A stretch of DNA of 57,167 nucleotides from Candidatus Woesearchaeota archaeon (GCA_964444465.1 CAYUGZ010000004.1:1-57167); one strand, 5' to 3'; counted from the stretch's first letter, positions 10,317 through 17,502 are shown. Numbers and translations are program-made. The notes: generated by a model not told the origin, from the sequence alone.

Positions 10317-10409
10317 AAAATTAAAACTAAAATTATTAGATTTATTGTATGTACAATATATAGAATAAACAATATATTGGATATACAATAAATAATAATA
10401 TTTATAAAT

Positions 10410-10426
10410 GATTAAAACTTTTAATC
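10410..10426. promoter_or_regulatory. perfect palindrome gattaaaa-c-ttttaatc just upstream of padR ATG (candidate PadR operator)
   Basis: Read directly. Lies between a TATA-like tttataaat and the ATG at 10431. Confidence 0.45.
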
Positions 10427-10430
10427 ATCG

Positions 10431-10739
10431 ATGAAAACTCCAAAGTACTTGGACATGAAAGGATTCCTAAGTTTTCTAATACTTCATGAATTAAACAAAA
10501 AAAGATTATGTGGAGATGAATTATCAGATATAATAGGAAAAAGAAAAGGTTCAAAATTAACACCTGGAACTATTTATCCGACGCTAAAAAGACTAAATAC
10601 ACTAAAATTGATAAGAATGAAACAAGATGGTAGAAAAAAGAATTATAATTTAACAAAAAAAGGAAAAAATGAATTAAAATCCACTTATAAGATATTCAAC
10701 AAGCTATTTATTGGATTAAAAAGTAAGATAAAAAAGTAG
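10431..10739 (+). CDS. PadR-family transcriptional regulator
   Basis: FLILHELNKKRLCGDELSDII...TPGTIYPTLKRLNTLKLI matches the PadR wHTH signature. Confidence 0.8.
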   Translation: MKTPKYLDMKGFLSFLILHELNKKRLCGDELSDIIGKRKGSKLTPGTIYPTLKRLNTLKLIRMKQDGRKKNYNLTKKGKNELKSTYKIFNKLFIGLKSKIKK

Positions 10740-10943
10740 TTATCTTCTTCTTTTTGTTGCTGTTTTTCTCTTAGTAGTAGTTTTTCTTTTAGTTGCTGTT
10801 TTTCTTTTAGCAACTTTTTTCTTTCCAGAGCCTTTTTTTCTTCCTCTAGCCATTTTAGCTTTCCATACTTCTAAAGTTTTACCTTTAACGAAATAAAGCC
10901 AACCTGACTCTCTGCTTTCTCCGGATTTAACTCTAACTGCCAT
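10740..10943 (-). CDS. small basic protein with (KRKTxT)3 tail, possible nucleic-acid binding
   Basis: 67 aa. N-terminal GWLYFVKGKTLEVWKAKMARG and C-terminal KRKTATKRKTTTKRKTATKRRR, encoded by 18-nt tandem repeats. Confidence 0.5.
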   Translation of the reverse strand: MAVRVKSGESRESGWLYFVKGKTLEVWKAKMARGRKKGSGKKKVAKRKTATKRKTTTKRKTATKRRR

Positions 10944-10999
10944 TTGATGCCCCCTATTTATCGATATAAAAATTATGTCTCTAATGTATTTAAAGGTTA

Positions 11000-11821
11000 T
11001 TATAATGTATCTAATGGATTTTTTATCGACTTTATCTTTTCTTTAGATACATGAGTATAAATTTCTGTTGTTGCTATTGAAGCATGTCCCAATAAACTTT
11101 GGATGTATCTAATGTCAACTCCATCCTCTAATAAATGTGTAGCAAATGAATGTCTAAGTTTATGTGGTGTAACTTTTTTCTTTATTCCTGCTTTCTTTGC
11201 TGCATTCTCTACTATTTTTTGTACGTTTCTAGAGGATAAAGTATTATTTTTTCCTGGAAATAAATAAATTTCATCTTTATCTAAAGTTTTTATGTAAGTT
11301 TTTAGTTCTTCAATAATAAAATTAGATAAAACAAACATCCTATCTTTTGCTCCTTTTCCAGATCTTACCCACCCTATTTTCTCGTCTAATTCTAAATCAT
11401 TTATCTTCAAACTTGTCAACTCTGATAGTCTTAATCCAGAAGAATACAAAAATTGAATAATAACTTTAGTTTTATAAGAACCTGCTGAATTTATTAATCT
11501 TTTAATTTCTTCTTTTGTTAATACAGAAGGAATGGTTTTTGGGATTTTAGGTGTTTTAAAATTAACAATATCTTTTTTTAAAACTTCGTCGTAAAAGAAT
11601 TTTAGTGAGGCTTTTTTTAAAGCTAATGATCTTGGAGTGTTGTTAATGGAGATTAAATGGGCCATATAATCTTTAATATCTTGTTCAATTATTTTTTCCG
11701 GGGATTTTTTGATGTGCTCTAAAAACTTTCTATTATGAAGTGTATAAGCCTCTATTGTTCTCTCTGAAAAACCTCTTAATTTTAGTTCGGTAGTTAATTT
11801 ATCTAATTCTTTCATTTTCAT
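11000..11821 (-). CDS. xerA: tyrosine recombinase, XerA (XerC/D-like)
   Basis: N-terminal SAM-like domain. Catalytic region is GLRLSEL...HKLRHSFATHLLEDGVDIRYIQSLLGHASIATTEIYTHV. Confidence 0.85.
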   Translation of the reverse strand: MKMKELDKLTTELKLRGFSERTIEAYTLHNRKFLEHIKKSPEKIIEQDIKDYMAHLISINNTPRSLALKKASLKFFYDEVLKKDIVNFKTPKIPKTIPSVLTKEEIKRLINSAGSYKTKVIIQFLYSSGLRLSELTSLKINDLELDEKIGWVRSGKGAKDRMFVLSNFIIEELKTYIKTLDKDEIYLFPGKNNTLSSRNVQKIVENAAKKAGIKKKVTPHKLRHSFATHLLEDGVDIRYIQSLLGHASIATTEIYTHVSKEKIKSIKNPLDTL

Positions 11822-12326
11822 GTATGATTGATTCTCTATACCAATAAGTATCTTTAGAAAAACCTTGTTTTTTTTCGCTTGTAGGATAACAAACTAATCT
11901 GTCCTCTATTTCAAGAAGATCTTTGTAGATTAGAGTCATAGTAGAGGTAAGAAGATCATACTCCATCTGATTTTCTTTTTTGTCTAAAGTGTCTAAATTT
12001 TCATTAAGATAATCTTCTAAATAACTCAATGCATCTGCTTTTAATTTAAAAGAAAGATTTGATACCCATCTTTTTCTTGCATCATGAATGGCTAAAACTT
12101 TTACATAATCTTCTTCTTCTAATTCTTGTAAAGCCCTATTTTCAAGAAACGATAATTCATGAGTTATTTCTTCAAAATTCTCAATTATTTTTTCTCTCGT
12201 TATATTTTTTTGAAGTCTTTCATAAAAAGAAGTATATTCTCTATAATAATTAGAAAAGTGTGATAAAAGAATTTGATCTTCTTCGGATTTTTCAGTTTTT
12301 TCTGCTACTTCATCACTATGAGCCAT
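11799..12326 (-). CDS. hypothetical acidic protein, co-transcribed with xerA
   Basis: 175-aa ORF overlapping the xerA start by 23 nt. BRE/TATA-like cgaaatatttatta lies about 28 nt upstream of its ATG. Confidence 0.5.
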   Translation of the reverse strand: MAHSDEVAEKTEKSEEDQILLSHFSNYYREYTSFYERLQKNITREKIIENFEEITHELSFLENRALQELEEEDYVKVLAIHDARKRWVSNLSFKLKADALSYLEDYLNENLDTLDKKENQMEYDLLTSTMTLIYKDLLEIEDRLVCYPTSEKKQGFSKDTYWYRESIIHENERIR

Positions 12327-12370
12327 AGATTAACATAGAAATAGAGAATAATAAATATTTCGCTTAATTA

Positions 12371-12772
12371 TTATGTATAAACTGAGAAGTTTTCAATACC
12401 TTCAATTCTACCCATACGACGCTTGGTTTTTCTATAGACTCTTACATATTCATCTACTCTTTCACGATTAAGAACAGAAACTGCTGTTGGTTGATCTTCA
12501 TTATCAAACTCTATTGCAATAACATTACCATCTGCATCTTCTCTATATTGTTTATATGCTCCTCTTTTAATTACTTGATTCCTAATTAATGCTTCATGTT
12601 TTTCTTCTTTTTCATCTATTACTCTAGATTTTGAAGCCATGTGTTCTAAAAAACGATCTTTTCCATTATCTGTGGTGGGTAGTTGTAATATTCTTTCATT
12701 AAGTCTCTGTTTAGCATGCTTTGTTTTAACTAAATAAAAAGTAGAGCCATTAGTAGTTTCTATTACAGGCAT
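12371..12772 (-). CDS. hypothetical protein (weak DUF4258-like HAxxRxxER motif)
   Basis: 133 aa. TKHAKQRLNER near the N-terminus. Composition is atypical for this genome. Confidence 0.45.
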   Translation of the reverse strand: MPVIETTNGSTFYLVKTKHAKQRLNERILQLPTTDNGKDRFLEHMASKSRVIDEKEEKHEALIRNQVIKRGAYKQYREDADGNVIAIEFDNEDQPTAVSVLNRERVDEYVRVYRKTKRRMGRIEGIENFSVYT

Positions 12773-12810
12773 ATATATAGATACTAAACTAGTTTATATT
12801 CTTTTTTATT

Positions 12811-12836
12811 AAAGTGAAAGTGAAAGTTTTATATAT
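12811..12836. promoter_or_regulatory. AAAGTGAAAGTGAAAG element abutting a TATA box (ttttatatat)
   Basis: Read directly. Lies in the divergent intergenic region between 12772(-) and 12859(+). The motif is related to the 16571..16892 repeats. Confidence 0.45.
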
Positions 12837-12858
12837 TTTTCATTATTAGTTATTTTGT

Positions 12859-13116
12859 ATGGATGTTATGAGAACATATAAAATTGGTAGGTCTATTGTT
12901 GATATATTCGAGACTAATAGTGCAACTGAAGTTTCTACTCTTCCAGAAGAGAAAATTAATGTATTAGAGAGATTAGCTTTTGGAAGAGTTAAACAAGCAG
13001 TCATTATATGGAATAATGGATTAATTGGTGCAAGGGCATTACTACTTTTAGGATTTGGCTTAAGTCCAATTAGAACTTATAAGCACATATATCAAAAAAT
13101 GGAGCATAATTATTAG
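12859..13116 (+). CDS. hypothetical small protein
   Basis: 85-aa ORF with a C-terminal hydrophobic stretch. Confidence 0.35.
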   Translation: MDVMRTYKIGRSIVDIFETNSATEVSTLPEEKINVLERLAFGRVKQAVIIWNNGLIGARALLLLGFGLSPIRTYKHIYQKMEHNY

Positions 13117-13152
13117 ATTTTCTAAAGTTCACTTAATCATCGTTATGCGAAC

Positions 13153-13443
13153 TCATTTAGCCATTCTTGCTCTGAACTCTAAATTACGCTTTTTAGCCTC
13201 AATAGTCCCTCTTTGTTCAGCTCTTTCAGTAATCACTTCCCCAGTATGTACTAAACCTCCTCCAAAAAATCCAGCTAAGGTTGTATAAGGAATTATTTCA
13301 GACCATCTGATAACATCTTGAATATAATGATTAAGATCAAAATTAGATGGCTCTAGATTACACAATAATGTTACAGCTAAACCAGCACCAAATCCTATAC
13401 TAGTCCCTATACCTAAATTTTCATATAAATTTACACTTGTCAT
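13153..13443 (-). CDS. small membrane protein (two Gly-rich hydrophobic segments, basic tail)
   Basis: Contains LGIGTSIGFGAGLAVTLL and TTLAGFFGGGLV. Last gene of a tightly spaced operon. Confidence 0.5.
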   Translation of the reverse strand: MTSVNLYENLGIGTSIGFGAGLAVTLLCNLEPSNFDLNHYIQDVIRWSEIIPYTTLAGFFGGGLVHTGEVITERAEQRGTIEAKKRNLEFRARMAK

Positions 13444-13455
13444 TTTATAGAAAGA

Positions 13456-14094
13456 TTATCTACTTAATTTTTTAGCTTTTGATCTATTAAATGCATCCAT
13501 TCCTAAAATAAACTCAAATTCTTCAGCTTGTTGCATTGCGTCTTCTAGAGCATTATGTGTTTTTGGTTTGTTCTTCCTAAGTCCTAATTTTGTTAGGTTA
13601 TGGTCTGGATCATTTGTTGCCCCTCTTAACCATGAATTTATATCATCTCCACCGTGGCCAAAAGGATCTTGATCTCCTTCTAAAAAATTATCGAAATACC
13701 AATGAACATACATTCCATCAAATGCAATAGGTGCTGCAGCCATTACAGGTCTTTGATCTCTAGCTACTTGGCCTATCCATAATCTAAATTCATGCATAAC
13801 TTGATATGGACTTTGTCCCATTTCATCAAGTAATTCTAATACTTTTTTTGGTTGAAATTCTTTGCTTTCTGGATCATAAATTGGGTCTTCTTTCTTAAGA
13901 TCCTCTAAACATTTAAGTCCTAAAGAACCAATTTTTAATGCTTCTAAGCTAAAATTATTATTTATTGGCTTTAATTCTCTATAGAAAGTTTTTTTTGTAT
14001 CTCCAACTACAGCTGCTCCTAAAGCAATCATTGAATATTTTCCAGGTGTTCTTCCTGTAGATTCAATATCTACTGATATGTACTTTCTTTTCAT
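13456..14094 (-). CDS. DEDDh-type 3'-5' exonuclease (DnaQ-like fold)
   Basis: ExoI is SVDIESTG, ExoII is AFDGMYV, ExoIII is HNALEDA (Hx4D). Confidence 0.75.
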   Translation of the reverse strand: MKRKYISVDIESTGRTPGKYSMIALGAAVVGDTKKTFYRELKPINNNFSLEALKIGSLGLKCLEDLKKEDPIYDPESKEFQPKKVLELLDEMGQSPYQVMHEFRLWIGQVARDQRPVMAAAPIAFDGMYVHWYFDNFLEGDQDPFGHGGDDINSWLRGATNDPDHNLTKLGLRKNKPKTHNALEDAMQQAEEFEFILGMDAFNRSKAKKLSR

Positions 14095-14100
14095 TTCTAA

Positions 14101-14385
14101 TTAACTTCCTTGAATCATATATAATGCTGACTCTAATCCTTGTATATGAGGGATTAATCCTAGTATCTCTCTGTTTCTTAATACAGCCTTAAGATTCTTC
14201 TTATCAGGCCATAATCCCATAGCTTCTTTAAGCTTTCCTTCATTGATTCCTGCTTGTTCAGCTAACATTCTTATATCAAAACCATCACCTAATACACTTT
14301 TTTCAGTGCTTCCTAATCTCTTACCTTTTAGAATAGTTTGAGTATCATTTACTTGTTGTTCTGATACCTCACCCATAAGAGGCAT
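14101..14385 (-). CDS. hypothetical small protein, possible HTH
   Basis: 94 aa. DIRMLAEQAGINEGKLKEAMG could be a helix-turn-helix. Confidence 0.4.
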   Translation of the reverse strand: MPLMGEVSEQQVNDTQTILKGKRLGSTEKSVLGDGFDIRMLAEQAGINEGKLKEAMGLWPDKKNLKAVLRNREILGLIPHIQGLESALYMIQGS

Positions 14386-14406
14386 TATTAATTCTTTAAG
14401 TTTATG

Positions 14407-14949
14407 TTATCTACTAAGAATACTACCTAAACGTCCAAATTTAGGCACAATGATGTATTCTGGAGAAAGAGCCCTATAAGAACCTTCTCCTTTTTCAATA
14501 TAATGTATTCTAGAATCATCCATTTCTTTTTCTATTAAAAATTGTTTTTTTTCAAAATCTTTTCTTGTCTTATGTTTTGAAAAACTCAATAAAGTTGATT
14601 CTTCCCTTTGATATCTTCCATTCTTTTTTGAGGTAGGAATTATGTTCCAACTAGTTGATTTTTCATCTTCTTCAACACTAAAATTATTGTCCTTAAAATA
14701 TTCAACTAAAGGCTTTACAAATTCTTTAAAATCGCCCCCAGTAACTAAAGCTTTAGCAACTACTACATCTATATCTGAAGTTCCTCTTCTTAATCTAGAA
14801 GCCATGTAACTCTGAACAGCTATTCCTCCAACAATAAGTGAAGAATCAGCTGAATTAGGATAACTCTCTAATGCAGATATAGCACTAAGTGAATCTCTTA
14901 CAACTAGATCATCAATATTTCTTAAATCAAATTGTCCCTTTTTTACCAT
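14407..14949 (-). CDS. small pol-beta-fold nucleotidyltransferase (AbiEii/MNT-like)
   Basis: VGGIAVQSYMASRLRRGTSDIDVVV fits the hG[GS]...DxD nucleotidyltransferase signature; 180 aa. Confidence 0.6.
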   Translation of the reverse strand: MVKKGQFDLRNIDDLVVRDSLSAISALESYPNSADSSLIVGGIAVQSYMASRLRRGTSDIDVVVAKALVTGGDFKEFVKPLVEYFKDNNFSVEEDEKSTSWNIIPTSKKNGRYQREESTLLSFSKHKTRKDFEKKQFLIEKEMDDSRIHYIEKGEGSYRALSPEYIIVPKFGRLGSILSR

Positions 14950-15076
14950 TAACTATCATTGATTTTTTGACTTTTAAACCTTTCTATTAGTAATTATTGT
15001 ATAGTAGTAATGAATAGTAAGATCTGCTTAACTGTGCTTATCTGAAAGGCTTATAAATATTAAATAAAAGAGTCTA

Positions 15077-15379
15077 TTGAAGATGATACATTCAAGTATG
15101 CATTCTAACTGGAAAAAAAGTAAATTAGAATTGAGATTAGAAAAAAAAGGATGGATACTAACCTCCCAGAGACCAGAAGAACCATCAACTGACTTTGAGA
15201 AGAATCAGTTTAGATATTTAAGGGCTAATAATATAGAATTTAGAGTAATTAAAACAGTTTATGATAGAGATGGTATAACTCAACTACCTGGTTTTATTGC
15301 CATTTATGTCAAAGAAGATGAAATTCCAGAGTATAAACCTATTTTATTCTCCCTTATAACTGGAGAAAGAGTGGATTAG
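15077..15379 (+). CDS. hypothetical protein
   Basis: 100-aa ORF with BRE/TATA-like gaaagg-cttataaata upstream. Confidence 0.4.
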   Translation: MKMIHSSMHSNWKKSKLELRLEKKGWILTSQRPEEPSTDFEKNQFRYLRANNIEFRVIKTVYDRDGITQLPGFIAIYVKEDEIPEYKPILFSLITGERVD

Positions 15380-15541
15380 AATTATATAGAATTAAATAAT
15401 AATTTAGGTTACACATAATGTGTCTTAAGTGTAATTTTATATCGACAAAACATATAATTTTTGATTAAATGTTTTAAGCACAATATTAATTTATCTTTTT
15501 CTATGATACTTTCTTTTTATTCTTTGATATTCTATTGCTTG

Positions 15542-15865
15542 TTAATTATATTCATTTCTTAATTCTTTATAATCTCTAATTATGCCTAAAGGATCTATTT
15601 TTTGATCATATTTTTTAAAGAAAGGATTGAGGGATAACTTAAATATACAAATACTATTGACTAAACTTAATGCACTTCTAGAATTAAAATAATCACTTTC
15701 AATTTTTCCTTCTGTCCCTTTCACCATAGATCTACATACTCTAATCTGATCTTTTATTTTTTCAGCTGGAGAAGATTGATTTGCAGCTAATGAAAAATCA
15801 GGATTGAAAACTAATGCTGTTAGACCAACTAAAGTTCCAGCCATTAATAAATTAAGCTTAGACAT
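15542..15865 (-). CDS. small secreted/membrane-anchored protein
   Basis: N-terminal signal-like MSKLNLLMAGTLVGLTALVF. Confidence 0.45.
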   Translation of the reverse strand: MSKLNLLMAGTLVGLTALVFNPDFSLAANQSSPAEKIKDQIRVCRSMVKGTEGKIESDYFNSRSALSLVNSICIFKLSLNPFFKKYDQKIDPLGIIRDYKELRNEYN

Positions 15866-15950
15866 TATTTAATTTAATAGATGTATTGTTTAAATATTTA
15901 ATTATAGTAGGGAAAAAAGTTTATTAATAATAAAATACGTTATCTTAAAG

Positions 15951-16517
15951 ATGGTTTTTAATTTTTTTAAGAAAAAAAGTGATCCTCATAAGAGATTAGA
16001 TGATCTACATTTTCATTTAGGTGATTCTTTTACAAAAATAAAAAAAGATATTGTTAATTTAGGGAATTGGATAACTCATTTTGATTCTAAAACAAAAAAT
16101 CATGAAGATAAATTAAATTATGTTCTCAGGAAATTAGAATTATTAGAAAATTTGTTACAAGAAAAAGAAGATGTTGTTGAAAATGAAGAAAAAGTTGAGA
16201 AAAAGGAGGAGACGATTGAACGCATTCAATCGTTCAATCGTTCAAATCAATCGATCATGAACGTTCAATCGCTAAAAAATCTCACTCCAGCACAAAAACA
16301 GATACTTGCTTTGATGAGTTATGCTGGTGGGCCACTCGGCTATGATGATATGTCAAAAAAATTAGGGTTAAATATTGTAACAGTTAGAAGACATTTGAAT
16401 GATATCAAAAGAAGTGGTATAAAAGTAGAAGAAAAAGTGAGTGTAAGAGGGAGAAAAAAAGTATTTCTTTTAGATAAAAAAGTCAAAAATGTAGTGTTAA
16501 AACAAAGAAAAAAATGA
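15951..16517 (+). CDS. coiled-coil + C-terminal winged-helix protein (paralog of 16890..17483)
   Basis: N-terminal DSFTKIKKDIVNL motif, coiled coil, QSFNRSNQSIMNVQS linker, then an HTH (GYDDMSKKLGLNIVTVRRHLNDIKRSG). Confidence 0.6.
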   Translation: MVFNFFKKKSDPHKRLDDLHFHLGDSFTKIKKDIVNLGNWITHFDSKTKNHEDKLNYVLRKLELLENLLQEKEDVVENEEKVEKKEETIERIQSFNRSNQSIMNVQSLKNLTPAQKQILALMSYAGGPLGYDDMSKKLGLNIVTVRRHLNDIKRSGIKVEEKVSVRGRKKVFLLDKKVKNVVLKQRKK

Positions 16518-16570
16518 TAATTCTACCCTCTAGATAGTATAAAAATAACCATTTATACAACAGATTATCT

Positions 16571-16892
16571 GAAAAGTGAGGGTTAATAAGTTAAATTATT
16601 GATGAAATATGTAATTATTTCGCTTAATTATAAGGAAAAGTGAGTTTATTATGGATTATACCGAATATAATATGTAAAATAATGATAATTTTAAGAAATA
16701 TAGCCTCTTTATTGTATAATATGTGAAAAGTGAGAGTTCATAACATAGATTATCAATAAAATAGGTAGCCATTGAGTAGATAGGATAAAAAAAGTGAGTT
16801 TATAGTGAATTCAGCTAGATATTCTCCATAAAAGTGAGGTATTTTAGGAAAAAATGGGTAATTATGTAGAAATATGTGAAAAGTGAGGGTTA
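16571..16892. repeat. array of six AAAAGTGAG(N)TT iteron-like direct repeats
   Basis: Copies start at 16571, 16635, 16725, 16789, 16829 and 16878, giving spacings of 64, 90, 64, 40 and 49 nt. All are in the same orientation. The last copy overlaps the stop codon of 16890..17483. Confidence 0.7.
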
Positions 16893-17483
16893 GATATCTG
16901 AAAGCCTCTTCTGATCAGGATCCATCTGATAATAGAGACTAACAAGTTTAGGTTTTAATCCTAATTCTCTAAATTTTTTATCTATAGAAAGATAAGTGAG
17001 TCTATTATTAATTCTGTTTCTTTTTATTGGGGCTTTCTTTTTTATTGCCATGCTTATATATGAACGTACACATGATTCTGTAAGTGAGATTTTATCAGCA
17101 ATATCGGAATAAGTGACTTTTTCCTTCTCATCTTCCAATTGATAGAGTGTAAGCAGTGCAAGAAGCTGCCCCCTAGAAAGTGCCTCTATAACGTCTATAA
17201 TGGCAAACGGGTGATTGATTGATTGATTGATTGATGATTGATTGATTGATTGAACCCCTTGATTTCCTATGGAACTTTTTATGAAATATTGTTCATTAGG
17301 CTCTATCTCCTCAAAATTCTGCGTTTTTTCATTTTTTTCAGAAATTAGTGTTTTTATCAAATCCACAAGCTCGATAATCCTCTCCTTATTCTTATCTATC
17401 TCTAATTTTAATAGATCCATATCTTCTTTTACACTAGAAAAAGCATTTTTTATATTGTTCTCAAAATTAGGATCATTACTCAT
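16890..17483 (-). CDS. coiled-coil + C-terminal winged-helix protein (paralog of 15951..16517)
   Basis: N-terminal NAFSSVKEDMDLL motif, coiled coil, QSINQSSINQSIN linker, then an HTH (TYSDIADKISLTESCVRSYISMA). Confidence 0.6.
   Translation of the reverse strand: MSNDPNFENNIKNAFSSVKEDMDLLKLEIDKNKERIIELVDLIKTLISEKNEKTQNFEEIEPNEQYFIKSSIGNQGVQSINQSSINQSINHPFAIIDVIEALSRGQLLALLTLYQLEDEKEKVTYSDIADKISLTESCVRSYISMAIKKKAPIKRNRINNRLTYLSIDKKFRELGLKPKLVSLYYQMDPDQKRLSDI
17214..17254. repeat. tetranucleotide microsatellite (GATT)5-GAT-(GATT)4 inside a CDS
   Basis: Read directly. On the coding strand it is (AATC)n, encoding the QSIN repeats. Confidence 0.85.
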
Positions 17484-17502
17484 TTTACGACGACAAAATT
17501 AA

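Noticed and set aside
11000-11821. The tyrosine recombinase as a clear mobile-element integrase
   Set aside because: Its size and catalytic-domain sequence fit the housekeeping archaeal XerA equally well. It lies outside the 16-nt repeats. I therefore only mention the possibility and do not call a mobile element.
1740-12362. Identical 17-mer GAATAATAAATATTTCG at 1740..1756 and 12346..12362 as a mobile-element or att repeat
   Set aside because: On the minus strand both copies read cgaaatatttattattc. That is a BRE/TATA-type promoter in front of minus-strand genes (861..1676 and 11799..12326). It most likely reflects the promoter consensus of this AT-rich genome.
15400-15440. Nested inverted repeat ttacac-ataatgtgtcttaa-gtgtaa between convergent ORFs 15379 and 15542
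   Set aside because: It is a short 5-6 bp stem in AT-rich DNA. It is compatible with a trivial terminator-like hairpin, and nothing further supports a function.
16571-16892. Possible CRISPR array
   Set aside because: The conserved core is only about 9-14 nt. Spacings are irregular (40-90 nt). No palindromic repeat of 24-37 nt is present and no cas genes are in the window.
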